The translations under genes were made by a program, and so were the position numbers. The notes under the pieces are model-generated. The model ran no database searches and was not told where the DNA came from. It worked only from the letters and a program-made list of their open reading frames with translations. Below are positions 1-7,821 of a DNA stretch of 24,000 nucleotides, in pieces. The stretch spans positions 53,987 to 77,986 of the forward strand of contig JBBCHN010000003.1 of assembly GCA_037200105.1 (NCBI GenBank). The letters are read 5' to 3'. Each line of letters begins with the position of its first letter. Position 1 is the stretch's first letter. This DNA is from Candidatus Saccharimonadota bacterium. GTDB taxonomy: Bacteria; Patescibacteriota; Saccharimonadia; Saccharimonadales; UBA4665.

Positions 1-391
1 TCACTCTAACGCTATTACAACTGGACTAAAACAGTTTGCCACTAAGCCACTAGGCACGGGACCTGGAACAGCGGGGGCCTCTTCTGTATATAATAATCAC
101 CCAGCCAATATCCCTGAAAACTATTATCTGCAGATTGGTCTTGAAACTGGTTGGCTAGGCTTAGTTGTATTTCTAGCTATCAACCTACTAGTAGCGCTAT
201 CTCTTTGGAGAAGAAGGGGCGATGCTCTAAGCCTGGCTCTACTAATAAGCCTCATTGGTTTAATTGTTTGTAATCTATTACTTGAAGCTTGGAGTGATGA
301 TACTCTTTGTTATCTATGGTGGGGACTGGCAGGTATTGCTATAGCCATAAAACCAAAAATCGGTGCGAGTAAGAACAACTGGATAATCTAG
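1..391 (+). CDS. O-antigen ligase/polymerase (Wzy_C-like) family membrane protein, C-terminal part; 5' end lies outside the window
   Basis: Frame 2 is open from 2 to TAG 389-391. Translation ...GPGTAGASSVYNNHPANIPENYYLQIGLETGWLGLVVFLAINLLVALSLWRRRGD...LWWGLAGIAIAIK carries the H..(E/N).YLQ...E.G..G signature followed by TM helices, as in O-antigen ligase family proteins. It is absent from the ORF track because there is no in-window start. Confidence 0.55.
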   Translation, partial: HSNAITTGLKQFATKPLGTGPGTAGASSVYNNHPANIPENYYLQIGLETGWLGLVVFLAINLLVALSLWRRRGDALSLALLISLIGLIVCNLLLEAWSDDTLCYLWWGLAGIAIAIKPKIGASKNNWII

Positions 392-1332
392 TTTACTTGG
401 GTAGTAAAGACGATAAGCCGTTCACTAAAGCTGCTAGTACCAGGGATAACATCACCGGTACAGGTTATTAGATTAAGTCCCGGGCTACCGCTTACTACTG
501 GTTTTAAAGCTGCATTCATATCAACATTGTTAACTGAATATATCTGAGACTTAACTACCTTGTAGGTGAATGTAGTACCATCACCACGCTCAACTTGAAG
601 GGTGTCACCAGGAACCAGTTTATTAAGGTTATAAAAGACACCGTGTGAAGTCCAACTAGATATATGACCATCTATTAATGTAGCTCCAGGTTGTCCAGGT
701 AGGCTAGAGCCGTTATACCAGGCAGTGTCATATATATCCTCAGGTGTTCCTATAGCACCACCCTTCACTAAGCCAACGTTTAAGACTCTGGCGTTAACTC
801 CTATTTCTGGGATCTTTAAGTAACGGGGGGCAGTAGGGGCTACTGTGTAGCTAGCTAGAGTTGAGGCCGACACTTTAGCAGTACTAAGGCCACTATTGCC
901 GCTAGTAGTTGTGGCCTTGGAACTATCTGCTAGTCTAGTTAGACTAGCTGCCTGAAGGTTTGAGACCTTTATAGACTTTATCCCTATATAACTGTAGTAG
1001 CCGCCGCTAACTAAACAAAAGGCTGCTAGCGATAGCAAGATAATCTGAATTCTACCTAACTTTCTTCTAGCTCTCCTGCCAGCGACAGCTACATCAGGAC
1101 CAGAGTTAAATAAAATAGCCCTAAAGTACTCAGGGCTACTGAGCGGCCGTTTTAATCTGCTAACTTTAATAACTATTTTTGGAGAAGCCGGTGATGTAGG
1201 TGGCATAAAGCCATCTACCTGCTTTTTGGATAGTCTAGGTGCGATCCTTGAAACTGGACCTTGCATATATACAGTGTGAGGATCACCTCCTACAAACTGA
1301 TTATCTTGGGATGGTTCGGGATTGCCAGACAT
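388..1332 (-). CDS. sortase (class F-like cysteine transpeptidase), N-terminal membrane anchor
   Basis: 314 aa ORF with a TM segment IQIILLSLAAFCLVSGGYYSYIG. Catalytic-domain motifs are TLIDGHISSW (His), LNLITCTG (TLxTC-type Cys) and a downstream SERLIVFT (Arg). It starts 15 nt downstream of a gene encoding a sorting-signal protein. Confidence 0.85.
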   Translation of the reverse strand: MSGNPEPSQDNQFVGGDPHTVYMQGPVSRIAPRLSKKQVDGFMPPTSPASPKIVIKVSRLKRPLSSPEYFRAILFNSGPDVAVAGRRARRKLGRIQIILLSLAAFCLVSGGYYSYIGIKSIKVSNLQAASLTRLADSSKATTTSGNSGLSTAKVSASTLASYTVAPTAPRYLKIPEIGVNARVLNVGLVKGGAIGTPEDIYDTAWYNGSSLPGQPGATLIDGHISSWTSHGVFYNLNKLVPGDTLQVERGDGTTFTYKVVKSQIYSVNNVDMNAALKPVVSGSPGLNLITCTGDVIPGTSSFSERLIVFTTQVN

Positions 1333-1346
1333 TTAAGGCTATCCTA

Positions 1347-2597
1347 CTACTTTCTACTTGAAATAGATTTGTTTGATCGTCTAGATAGGGCAACTGAGCT
1401 TATAACAAGAGCGGCTGCGATTAAAACAACACCGATTACTTCCAGGTAAACACGATTAGCAGCTAGTGCCTCACCCAGTATCTGGAGCTTTAACCGTCGT
1501 TGTAGCCGAACCAGAGCTAGATGCAGAAGGTGTCACTATGGCTGTAGGTGAGTTTAGAACAGTGCTGGTGTTAGATAGTCCACTTAGACTAAAGCCGTTA
1601 TATACACCTCCACCAGTAAAGGTAAAGGTAGCAGTGTGTGCTGGTGGTGAGCCTTCGCCAACCGTATAGGCTCCGTTTACAACTACAGTGTTGCCGAGAA
1701 AGTTGCTTTGCCACTTAAGGTAAGAGTTGTATTAGCTCCAGTACAGCCCGAGCCGTTATCCAGACAAGATGTGATAGCAGCGTAGCGTGTGCCGCTAACT
1801 CCTGAACCTGCTAAGTTCAGGGTATTTGCTAGTGTGCCAGTTGTAGCAGTGCTGGAAATTAGTAATGCACCACCATTATTAACAGTAATTGAACCACTAC
1901 CTAGACCGTTAAAAGTATTACTGCTGTCCTCAGCTATGGCGCCCGAGTCAACAACTATTGGACCGCTAAGACCAGTATCTGCTTCAGTGAAGTTATATAG
2001 GGCTGTTTGCGTACCTCCGGGTGGGCTAGACATTGTTATTGTGCCAGTGCCGGAGACAGTACTATCGAAAGTCATAGCCGATGCCTTTGTAGCCAGTGTA
2101 AGATTAGCGCTACCTATATTTAGGGTACCGCTTATGAATAGATTATCGCCTGATTGATTAGTGAAGGATTGATTGGCAGTTAAGGTTACGTTGTTTGATA
2201 TAACTTCATTTAAGTTGCCAGTTATTGCGTCAGTAATACCACCATCCAAACTAAAATCGTCACCGCTTAGGTTATAGGCCCCTGTTCCACTACCAGTGAA
2301 TGTGATACTAGCGAGGTCTAACCCGGATATATTATCTGTTATGTTTAGTGCTGAATTCATGTTGGTGTTGTTAAACACTAGAACATCGCCAGAAACGGGC
2401 ACTTCTTGAGTCCCACCAGAACAGCTAGAGTTAGTGTTCCAGTTGCTGGCAGTATTAAAGCTACCGTTTGAGGAAAACTCACACCAATAAAGTGTAGTAC
2501 CGACAGCTTGTGCTTTACCAACTAAGGCTAAGGTAAATAAAGAGGCTAGTGCTAAAACAACAGCACTGCATAAAGCACTAAACTTTTTAATTGTCAT
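1347..2597 (-). CDS. secreted beta-helix-like surface protein with C-terminal cell-wall sorting signal (sortase substrate); two apparent frameshifts
   Basis: Signal peptide MTIKKFSALCSAVVLALASLFTLALVGKAQA, followed by G/T/S/N-rich repeats of the autotransporter-associated beta-strand type (GSGSITVNNGGALLISS, NLAGSGVSG). The track ORF ends at 1683. The reading continues in another frame (VVNGAYTVGEGSPPAHTATFTFTGGGVYNG...TTVKAPDTG). After a second shift at the CCC run 1474-1476 it reads EALAANRVYLEVIGVVLIAAALVISSVALSRRSNKSISSRK-stop (stop at 1347-1349). This gives an APDTG motif, a hydrophobic helix and a basic tail. Confidence 0.75.
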
Positions 2598-2717
2598 TTT
2601 GTTTCCTTTTTTGTTTTTCGTCGACTTCTATATCTTACTGGGAACAACACCGTAATAGCAAATAGTTATCCACAAGCACGTTGGCCTACTTAAGCACAAG
2701 CTGCAATAATATTAACT

Positions 2718-3184
2718 ATGATAAACAAATAGCGAACGAGAGTATCCGTCCAACCAAGAAACAACGAGAGCTACTTAACTTATTGAAAACTTTATTAACG
2801 AGCATGGCTATAGCCCTAGCTATAGAGAAATAATGTCAGGCTTAAACTACAACTCAGTAGCTACTGTTGCATTACATGTAAACAACTTGATGAAACGTGG
2901 TCATCTAAAGAAAAGAGATCACTCGGCCAGAAGCCTAGAAGTTATTAGCACTGAATCACCAGTTAAGGTTTCAAGCAATTATGTGGCTCCAGGCGAGGAG
3001 AAGTGGGCTGGTTGAGAAAGTTGAGAGTGCTTTTAATGATATTGAAAAACTTGGTAACAATATCAAGGAAACTAGCATTGATCATCTCTATGTACTAGTC
3101 GGTGCCTTAAAAGTACTAGAACTTCACGGCGCAGCTCAAAGTTTTATGCCTAGATTAAGCTCGCTAAAGCAAAAAACTAGATAG
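2718..3184 (+). CDS. LexA-N-terminal-domain (winged helix) transcriptional regulator, no peptidase domain; about 3 apparent frameshifts
   Basis: ...RPTKKQRELLN / IENFINEHGYSPSYREIMSGLNYNSVATVALHVNNLMKRGHLKKRDHSARSLEV matches the LexA DNA-binding domain pattern (T.KQ.E.L.FI......GY.PS.REI......S...V..HL..L..KG.I.R). The pieces lie in three frames, with breaks near 2730, 2775 and 3000. The C-terminal helical part is ORF 2981..3184. The start codon is uncertain: ATG 2718 requires one frame correction. Confidence 0.6.
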
Positions 3185-3261
3185 CTAGTTTATAGTCAAA
3201 AATACTATATCTAGCGTAGGCACTTAAGTGCTAGACTCTATATACCTTAACAAATAAAAAA

Positions 3262-3360
3262 GCTGGAAGAGGGGGTGAAACTCCCACACTGTGCCGCAAC
3301 GGTAATCGTTTATACGTAAGTCCGATACAGCAAATTAAGCCTCCCGAGCAGGAGCGAAGT
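3262..3360 (+). promoter_or_regulatory. cobalamin (B12) riboswitch-like aptamer, short class-II-like architecture
   Basis: Conserved core elements occur in the correct order: GGUGAAACUCC (3274-3284), CUGU-GCCGCA-ACGGUAA (3289-3305; compare CGCAGCGGUAA in the E. coli btuB leader) and a B12-box-like AAGUCCGAUACAGC (3318-3331). The terminal CAGC of the B12-box pairs with GCUG at 3262-3265. Identified by eye only. Confidence 0.6.
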
Positions 3361-3374
3361 TAACGAAAAATCTC

Positions 3375-3401
3375 AATCCTAGCTCGGAGCTAGGATTTTT
3401 T
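3375..3401 (+). terminator. intrinsic terminator (riboswitch expression platform)
   Basis: Perfect 10-bp stem AATCCTAGCT / AGCTAGGATT with loop CGG, followed directly by further T residues. The upstream segment CTCCCGAGC (3341-3349) is complementary to GCTCGGAG (3382-3389), which would give an alternative antiterminator pairing. Confidence 0.75.
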
Positions 3402-4733
3402 ATGTCACTTTCGAGCATGGAGTATCAGTCGCAACCACAACCAATGGAGGCTATTGTGGTGCCAATGATTTTATAGACAGACAAGAAGTCGAGACAATTG
3501 CCTGGAATCTAATTGATCAACGGAATCAGTTACCGAAAATTGAAGTAGAACTCAGGAACGTCGAGATAACGCCCGAACTGCCATCATGGAAGCTCTTACT
3601 GCTTCAGGACACCTATCGTCAGTAGAAATTAACGGTACATTTGATGAAATCAATGCCAGATTTTAAATCGCTTACTCAATGGTTGGGATGAATCCCTACC
3701 TGGGCACGAAAAGGATCGCCGCTTTGCAGAGCTTTGTAATGAACTGGTTATACAACGTGTCCATCATTTAATGATCGAAGGTTTTCTACCACCAGATACC
3801 GAGGTTTGTGAAATCTCAGATTATCCTGAAGCCTTAAGAGGACTTTCTTTAGGCTACCGAGATACAAACAAGAAAGGTATGGTTCGTACAACTGGCTTAG
3901 TTAGTCATGGTGATGGTCGCTATACCAGAGTCATTGAACAGGTTAGTCGTAGTAATGGATCTCAGCCTAGCACCTTTAATTTCTTGGGCAGCATTAATAT
4001 ACAAACAGAGAATAAGGCACGGATATTTCAGCTCTTGAAGCACCATCGATCTATTCCCGTCACGATTATGTCGATGGTGTAGTTGATGTCATGAAACGAC
4101 TGGACTACTACTCTGGCTCCGGAGTTATGTACGGAGATGATGATGAGCGGGTAGCTAAACATCCAGCCTACGAAAATCTACGTGAGGAGTCCGCAAGACG
4201 TGAGGAAGAGATGCTTTGCTACGTAGACGATCTAGCCGATTTAGAGGAGCAGCTAGACCAAGAACTAACTACAAAAGAGGAAGCCATGGAAATATATAAA
4301 GGTGAAGTCGAAAGAATTCTCAATGCTATTGCACTCTCAATCCGGGCTATACGGAAGATACTTTTGGCCCAGCAATGGTACAAGTCTTTGAGCAGGTTTC
4401 GGTTCTAACAGCACAAGGTCGCAATCAGGAAGCAATGATTTTACTACAAGACAACAATCATCTTAAGGAAACTGTAACTTTTTGTGGTATTTCAATTTCA
4501 GCTGAAAAAGCCAGTGAGATGGGACTAAGGTTAATAGCTATGGCCAACTAGTAGAAAAGGGCAAGGACAGTTGGAAATGGAAACAGGGTACTTGCGTAGT
4601 AAAAAGCTGCTCTACTAGGCCGGGCAAAACCGAAGTTGGTCCCTGTAGTGTCTGTAAGAGTTGTCAAAGAGACTTTGATAAAGGTAGAGACCCAACTAAA
4701 AAAAGCAGCGTAAAATATAAGCATGGATGTTAA
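3402..4733 (+). CDS. hypothetical protein(s) of unknown family; most simply one ~440 aa gene broken by at least 5 frame changes, with a C-terminal Cys-rich module
   Basis: Consecutive open segments in alternating frames join end to end:
- ...HGVSVATTTNGGYCGANDFIDRQEVETIAWNLIDQRNQL...
- RRDNARTAIMEALTASGHLSSVEINGTFDEINARF
- LLNGWDESLPGHEKDRRFAELCNELVIQRVHHLMIEGFLPPDTEV... (track ORF 3771..4082)
- GTDISALEAPSIYSRHDYVDGVVDVMKRLDYYSGSG... (ORF 4091..4408)
- NPGYTEDTFGPAMVQVFEQVSVLTAQGRNQEAMILLQDNNHLKETVTFCGISISAEKASEMG
- VEKGKDSWKWKQGTCVVKSCSTRPGKTEVGPCSVCKSCQRDFDKGRDP... with stop at 4731-4733.
No TM helix, signal peptide or Walker motif was seen, and I do not recognise the family. Confidence 0.35.
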
Positions 4734-4899
4734 CGCTGATATTGATCCTTACGAGGAGTTAGTTAAGGAGAAATCTCCTTATCTATTTTGTGATGCCTGT
4801 GGCTTTTACCCAATAGAACCACTACATGGTCATTTCGTTTGTCCAAGCTGTTATTTTCAAACCAGATGTTGCGAGGGAGCGCCACTAGATGAAAGCTAG
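4723..4899 (+). CDS. small zinc-ribbon protein (58 aa), below the ORF-track length cutoff
   Basis: ATG 4723 to TAG 4897-4899: MDVNADIDPYEELVKEKSPYLFCDACGFYPIEPLHGHFVCPSCYFQTRCCEGAPLDES. It has CxxC...CxxC plus CC. It overlaps the end of the upstream locus by 11 nt and the nadD start by 11 nt, which suggests translational coupling. Confidence 0.45.
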   Translation: MDVNADIDPYEELVKEKSPYLFCDACGFYPIEPLHGHFVCPSCYFQTRCCEGAPLDES

Positions 4900-5480
4900 A
4901 AAGATAGGTATTTACGCAGGTAGCTTTGATCCTATTCATTTAGGCCATATAACTTTTGCGCTTCAAGCAATTGAGCAGGCTGGTTTGGACAAGGTTTACT
5001 TTCTGCCGGAGGAGAGCACCACAAGATAAGTTCATCTACGAACACTTTGGTCACCGTGTAGCTATGATTAAAACCTCAATTAAGCCTCACTCCAAACTAG
5101 ACCTACTGGAGCTAGATAATAAGACATTTAGCGTTAGCAAAACTTTGCCTGCACTTGAGAGAATCTTTAAAAACTCGAAGCTAGTTTTTCTGTTTGGATC
5201 AGATAAAGCAGCGGGCTTAATGGACTGGCCTAACGCTAGTAGACTATTTGACTTAAGCGAGATCGTCATTGGTTTAAGGGAAGGCTCGAGCTCAAAGAGT
5301 ATAGAGATAGACTGCAAGAACTGGCCTAAGCAACCAATTAAAATTATTGAGAGCTATAACCCAACTCTACTATCAACAGAAATTCGTCAGTCACTTCAAA
5401 GTGGTCAGGCGGCTCAAGGTCTAGCTAAAAGTGTAGCTGCATATATTAGACAAAATTGGCTATACATTTCTATACCTTAG
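4889..5480 (+). CDS. nadD: nicotinate-nucleotide adenylyltransferase; one apparent frameshift near 5008-5015
   Basis: MKARKIGIYAGSFDPIHLGHITFALQAIEQAGLDKVYFLPE carries the GxFDPxHxGH nucleotidyltransferase motif. After a 1-nt shift it continues in ORF 4956..5480 (RAPQDKFIYEHFGHRVAMIK...LVFLFGSD...). Confidence 0.8.
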
Positions 5481-5508
5481 TAATAATATGTGCTTAAGGA
5501 GATAGTTG

Positions 5509-5799
5509 ATGGAAAGAAACACATCTGACCCAACTGTAGTTGCGAGCGCAGAGCTACCAAGAAGAGGCAGAGAGGATGAGCCGAGGCATGTCTATGTACA
5601 TGAAGATGGCCGAATTACCATGGAACTCAGAATGGATTATGAAGATATGGTAGGTCCCGATGCCTATCAACGATATTTACAAGGAGTAGACGCAAGGAGA
5701 GGCACCCGCTATGCTGATCCTAATTATGTGCCTTTTGAGCAGCCCACTAGACAACCTAAATTTAAGCGATTATTAAGTACAATTGGCATTCAACTTTAA
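5509..5799 (+). CDS. hypothetical protein (96 aa, charged, no recognisable domain)
   Basis: ORF with ATG 5509 preceded by AAGGAG at a suitable spacing; the track starts it at TTG 5506. Sequence MERNTSDPTVVASAELPRRGREDEPRHVYVHEDGRITMEL... has no family I recognise. Confidence 0.45.
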   Translation: MERNTSDPTVVASAELPRRGREDEPRHVYVHEDGRITMELRMDYEDMVGPDAYQRYLQGVDARRGTRYADPNYVPFEQPTRQPKFKRLLSTIGIQL

Positions 5800-5801
5800 T
5801 A

Positions 5802-5830
5802 TTGACGTAAGCATTATTAGACCTTACAAT
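5802..5830 (+). promoter_or_regulatory. near-consensus sigma-70-type promoter with no downstream + strand CDS
   Basis: TTGACG (5802-5807), 17-nt spacer, TACAAT (5825-5830). The next + strand gene is about 1 kb away, and the intervening genes are on the - strand. Confidence 0.4.
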
Positions 5831-6015
5831 CTTAAGAGTCTTGAAGGTGAAAACCTGAAAAACCAAAAAACATAAAAAATAAGCGAAGCCTCAACTAGTA
5901 TGGTTTTGGGCAAGAGAGGGCGTTATGCCAATTAAAGTAAAGATCATTAGAAGCTATACGGAACGAGTTCCAGTACACGTGGAACAACCCTCTTGGCGAA
6001 ACCTTGTCTCTTAAT

Positions 6016-6725
6016 TTATTTCTTAGTCTGCTGAGTAGTTCCAGCTGAAGTTGTAGTAGATGCACTTTGGCCAGCATTCTTTGCTATAGCTGCGTTAATT
6101 AGAGAATCAAAAGCTTGGGTAGTGTTATTAACCTGAATTTGTTTACCATTCTAGAATAAAGGTTGGTGTAGCGTCGATGCCTAGTGCGTTACCTGCGTTC
6201 TCGTCAGCAACAACCAGATTATTAACTTGGTCTGAAGCATATAACTGCTCGAACTTATTGCCATCAAGTCCGAGACTCTTTGCATACGCTACAAATGTTG
6301 GTTCAGGGTTAGACTGACCAATCCAGCCAGCCTGAGCACCATTAGAATTGTAATAGGCTTGGTTTTCCTCATAGAGCAAATCATGCATTTGCCAGAACTT
6401 ACCCATAAGCCAGCAGCTTCAGCAGCCCTAGCACCAGCAAAAGCAATTAGGGTGCAAAGACGTTAGAGGGAAGTTTCTAAACTGGAAAGTTATCTGAGTG
6501 TTGTAGTAGCCACAACTTGCTTAACGGTTGAGTAGTACTGACCACAGTATGGACATTGGTAGTCACCATACTCGACAAGAGCAACGTGGCTTGACCCAAA
6601 CCTTCAACATGTTGAGTTGCAGTTAACTTACTATCTGAGGAGTTATTACCTTTTGTAGTGAAAGCAAAGATTCCAATTAGTAAAACTACGATTACTGCCA
6701 CCACTATCCAAAAGTTCCTAGACAT
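6016..6725 (-). CDS. membrane-anchored DsbA-like thiol:disulfide oxidoreductase (thioredoxin fold); about 5 apparent frameshifts
   Basis: N-terminal anchor MSRNFWIVVAVIVVLLIGIFAF. The following pieces lie in shifting frames: VALVEYGDYQCPYCGQYYSTVKQVVA (CPYC active site), ITFQFRNFPLTSLHPN, AFAGARAAEAAGL, then ORF 6143..6406 (GKFWQMHDLLYENQ...IDATPTFIL), then NGKQIQVNNTTQAFDSLINAAIAKNAGQ... with stop at 6016-6018. Confidence 0.75.
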
Positions 6726-6836
6726 TTAGTTAGTATCTCCCTTTATTTATGATCAAAGTATACATTAAACAACATAAAATTGCTGTCACTGCCAAGCTTT
6801 AAAAAAATTAACTAAAAGTATAAGCTTAAAAGTACA

Positions 6837-7804
6837 GTGGCTGATTATATATATTCGCTTATATTGCTGATAATTGCCTTAGTTTGTATTGAACTTAGAA
6901 AAAGCTATCATGCTGTACCTAAAGCTGAACTTAAAAGACAGGCTAAAGCTGGTGATGTATTGGCAGACAAGATCTATCACGCTGTTTCCTACGAGGAGAG
7001 TCTAGAGACACTACTTTGGATATTAATAATCTTATGTGCTGCCGGTAGTCTAATTCTATTTAACCGAGTGGCCCCATTATGGTTAGACTTTATAGCTATC
7101 GTTTTGTTTATCTGGGTTGCTTTCGCTTGGCTACCAAAGAGACGCATGGACAGATTCAGTCTAAGACTAGCCAGTATTCTGTCACCTGTGATTGTTTGGT
7201 TACTTAATTATCTTCACCCTCTTTTTCAAAAGGTAAATCACTTTGGTTCTAAGGCAATCACTGTCCACACAGGCGTGTATGACAAAAAGGATCTAATAAA
7301 ACTAGTAGAAGCTCAAAAGAAACAAGCAGACAACCGGTTGAGCCTAAGGACCTGGATCTTATTAGAAAAGGACTTAAACTGTCAGATAAAACGGTTGGAG
7401 ACTACTACGTTAGCTGGTCGAAGATTCACCATACTCTAGCTCATGAAGCAGTAGGACCAATACTACTCGATGAACTTCATAAGTCAGGGCAACTATTCGT
7501 CCCAGTGCTGGAGGACAACCAGACAAAGAAAGTTGTCGGTATGATTAGCCTGGATGGTTTAGATATATCCAAGGTTGGTGAAGTTAAAGACCTTATGAAC
7601 CAGAACGTCCATTATCTAAGAGAAGACGATAGCCTCTTCCAGGCCTTTGAAGCCATAGCCGCAACAGGTAGTCCAGTCTTTATAGTCTTAGATAAGAAAG
7701 ATAGGCTAACTGGCATCATTACTCTAAAAGATGTTATGAACCAGCTAGTTACTTTTGAACCAAAAGCAAAAGTAGTAAAGCCAGAAAGCAAAGAAGAGTC
7801 CTAA
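6837..7804 (+). CDS. DUF21/CNNM-type membrane domain plus CBS-pair protein (HlyC/CorC-like); one apparent frameshift near 7335
   Basis: GTG start. There are three hydrophobic helices in ORF 6837..7439. After a shift the reading continues VEPKDLDLIRKGLKLSDKTVGDYYVSWSKIHHTLAHEAVGPILLDELHKSGQLFVPVLEDNQTKKVVGMISL...ITLKDVMNQL, which is CBS-pair-like and joins ORF 7505..7804. Confidence 0.65.
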
Positions 7805-7821
7805 TCTGGTAGAATAGGCCT

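Noticed and set aside
1471-1473. In-frame TGA right after APDTG as evidence for UGA recoding (genetic code 25 or 4, as in some CPR lineages)
   Set aside because: Reading through the TGA gives only GTSC before a TAA stop and no membrane anchor. A 1-nt shift in the adjacent CCC/GGG run yields a perfect TM-plus-basic-tail sorting signal. Homology at the other breaks in the window also changes frame rather than continuing through a stop codon.
1466-2157. ORFs 1466..1669 (+) and 1789..2157 (+, 122 aa) as possible overlapping or antisense genes
   Set aside because: They lie entirely antisense to the repeat-rich surface-protein gene. Their translations are low-complexity mirror images (P/V/L/A-rich) with no start context. 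Long antisense ORFs are expected opposite G/T/S/N-rich coding repeats.
2666-2674. Perfect DnaA box TTATCCACA upstream of the lexA-like gene (possible oriC)
   Set aside because: It is a single copy with no cluster of boxes, no adjacent AT-rich unwinding element that I could define, and no dnaA or dnaN nearby. One 9-mer match in 24 kb on two strands is within chance expectation.
3220-3231. 12-bp perfect palindrome GCACTTAAGTGC downstream of the lexA-like gene, with ACTTAAG also at about 2688 upstream of it, as a possible SOS-like operator
   Set aside because: The two sites share only the central CTTAAG core, and the flanks differ. CTTAAG also occurs elsewhere, for example at 5831 and inside coding sequence near 1714. 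That is insufficient to call an operator.
5895-6077. 60-aa ORF on the - strand
   Set aside because: It overlaps the structured intergenic element and the true, frame-shifted C-terminus of the dsbA-like gene, and it has no coding features. ORFs 16122..16322, 16213..16413 and 16572..16763 are likewise frame fragments or antisense to the crp-like and phosphoribosyltransferase genes.
6785-6830. Two AAGCTT sites flanking an A-rich 22-nt segment upstream of the DUF21/CBS gene, as a possible hairpin or regulatory element
   Set aside because: This gives only a 6-bp AT-rich self-complementary stem with a large loop. It is likely incidental in an AT-rich promoter region.
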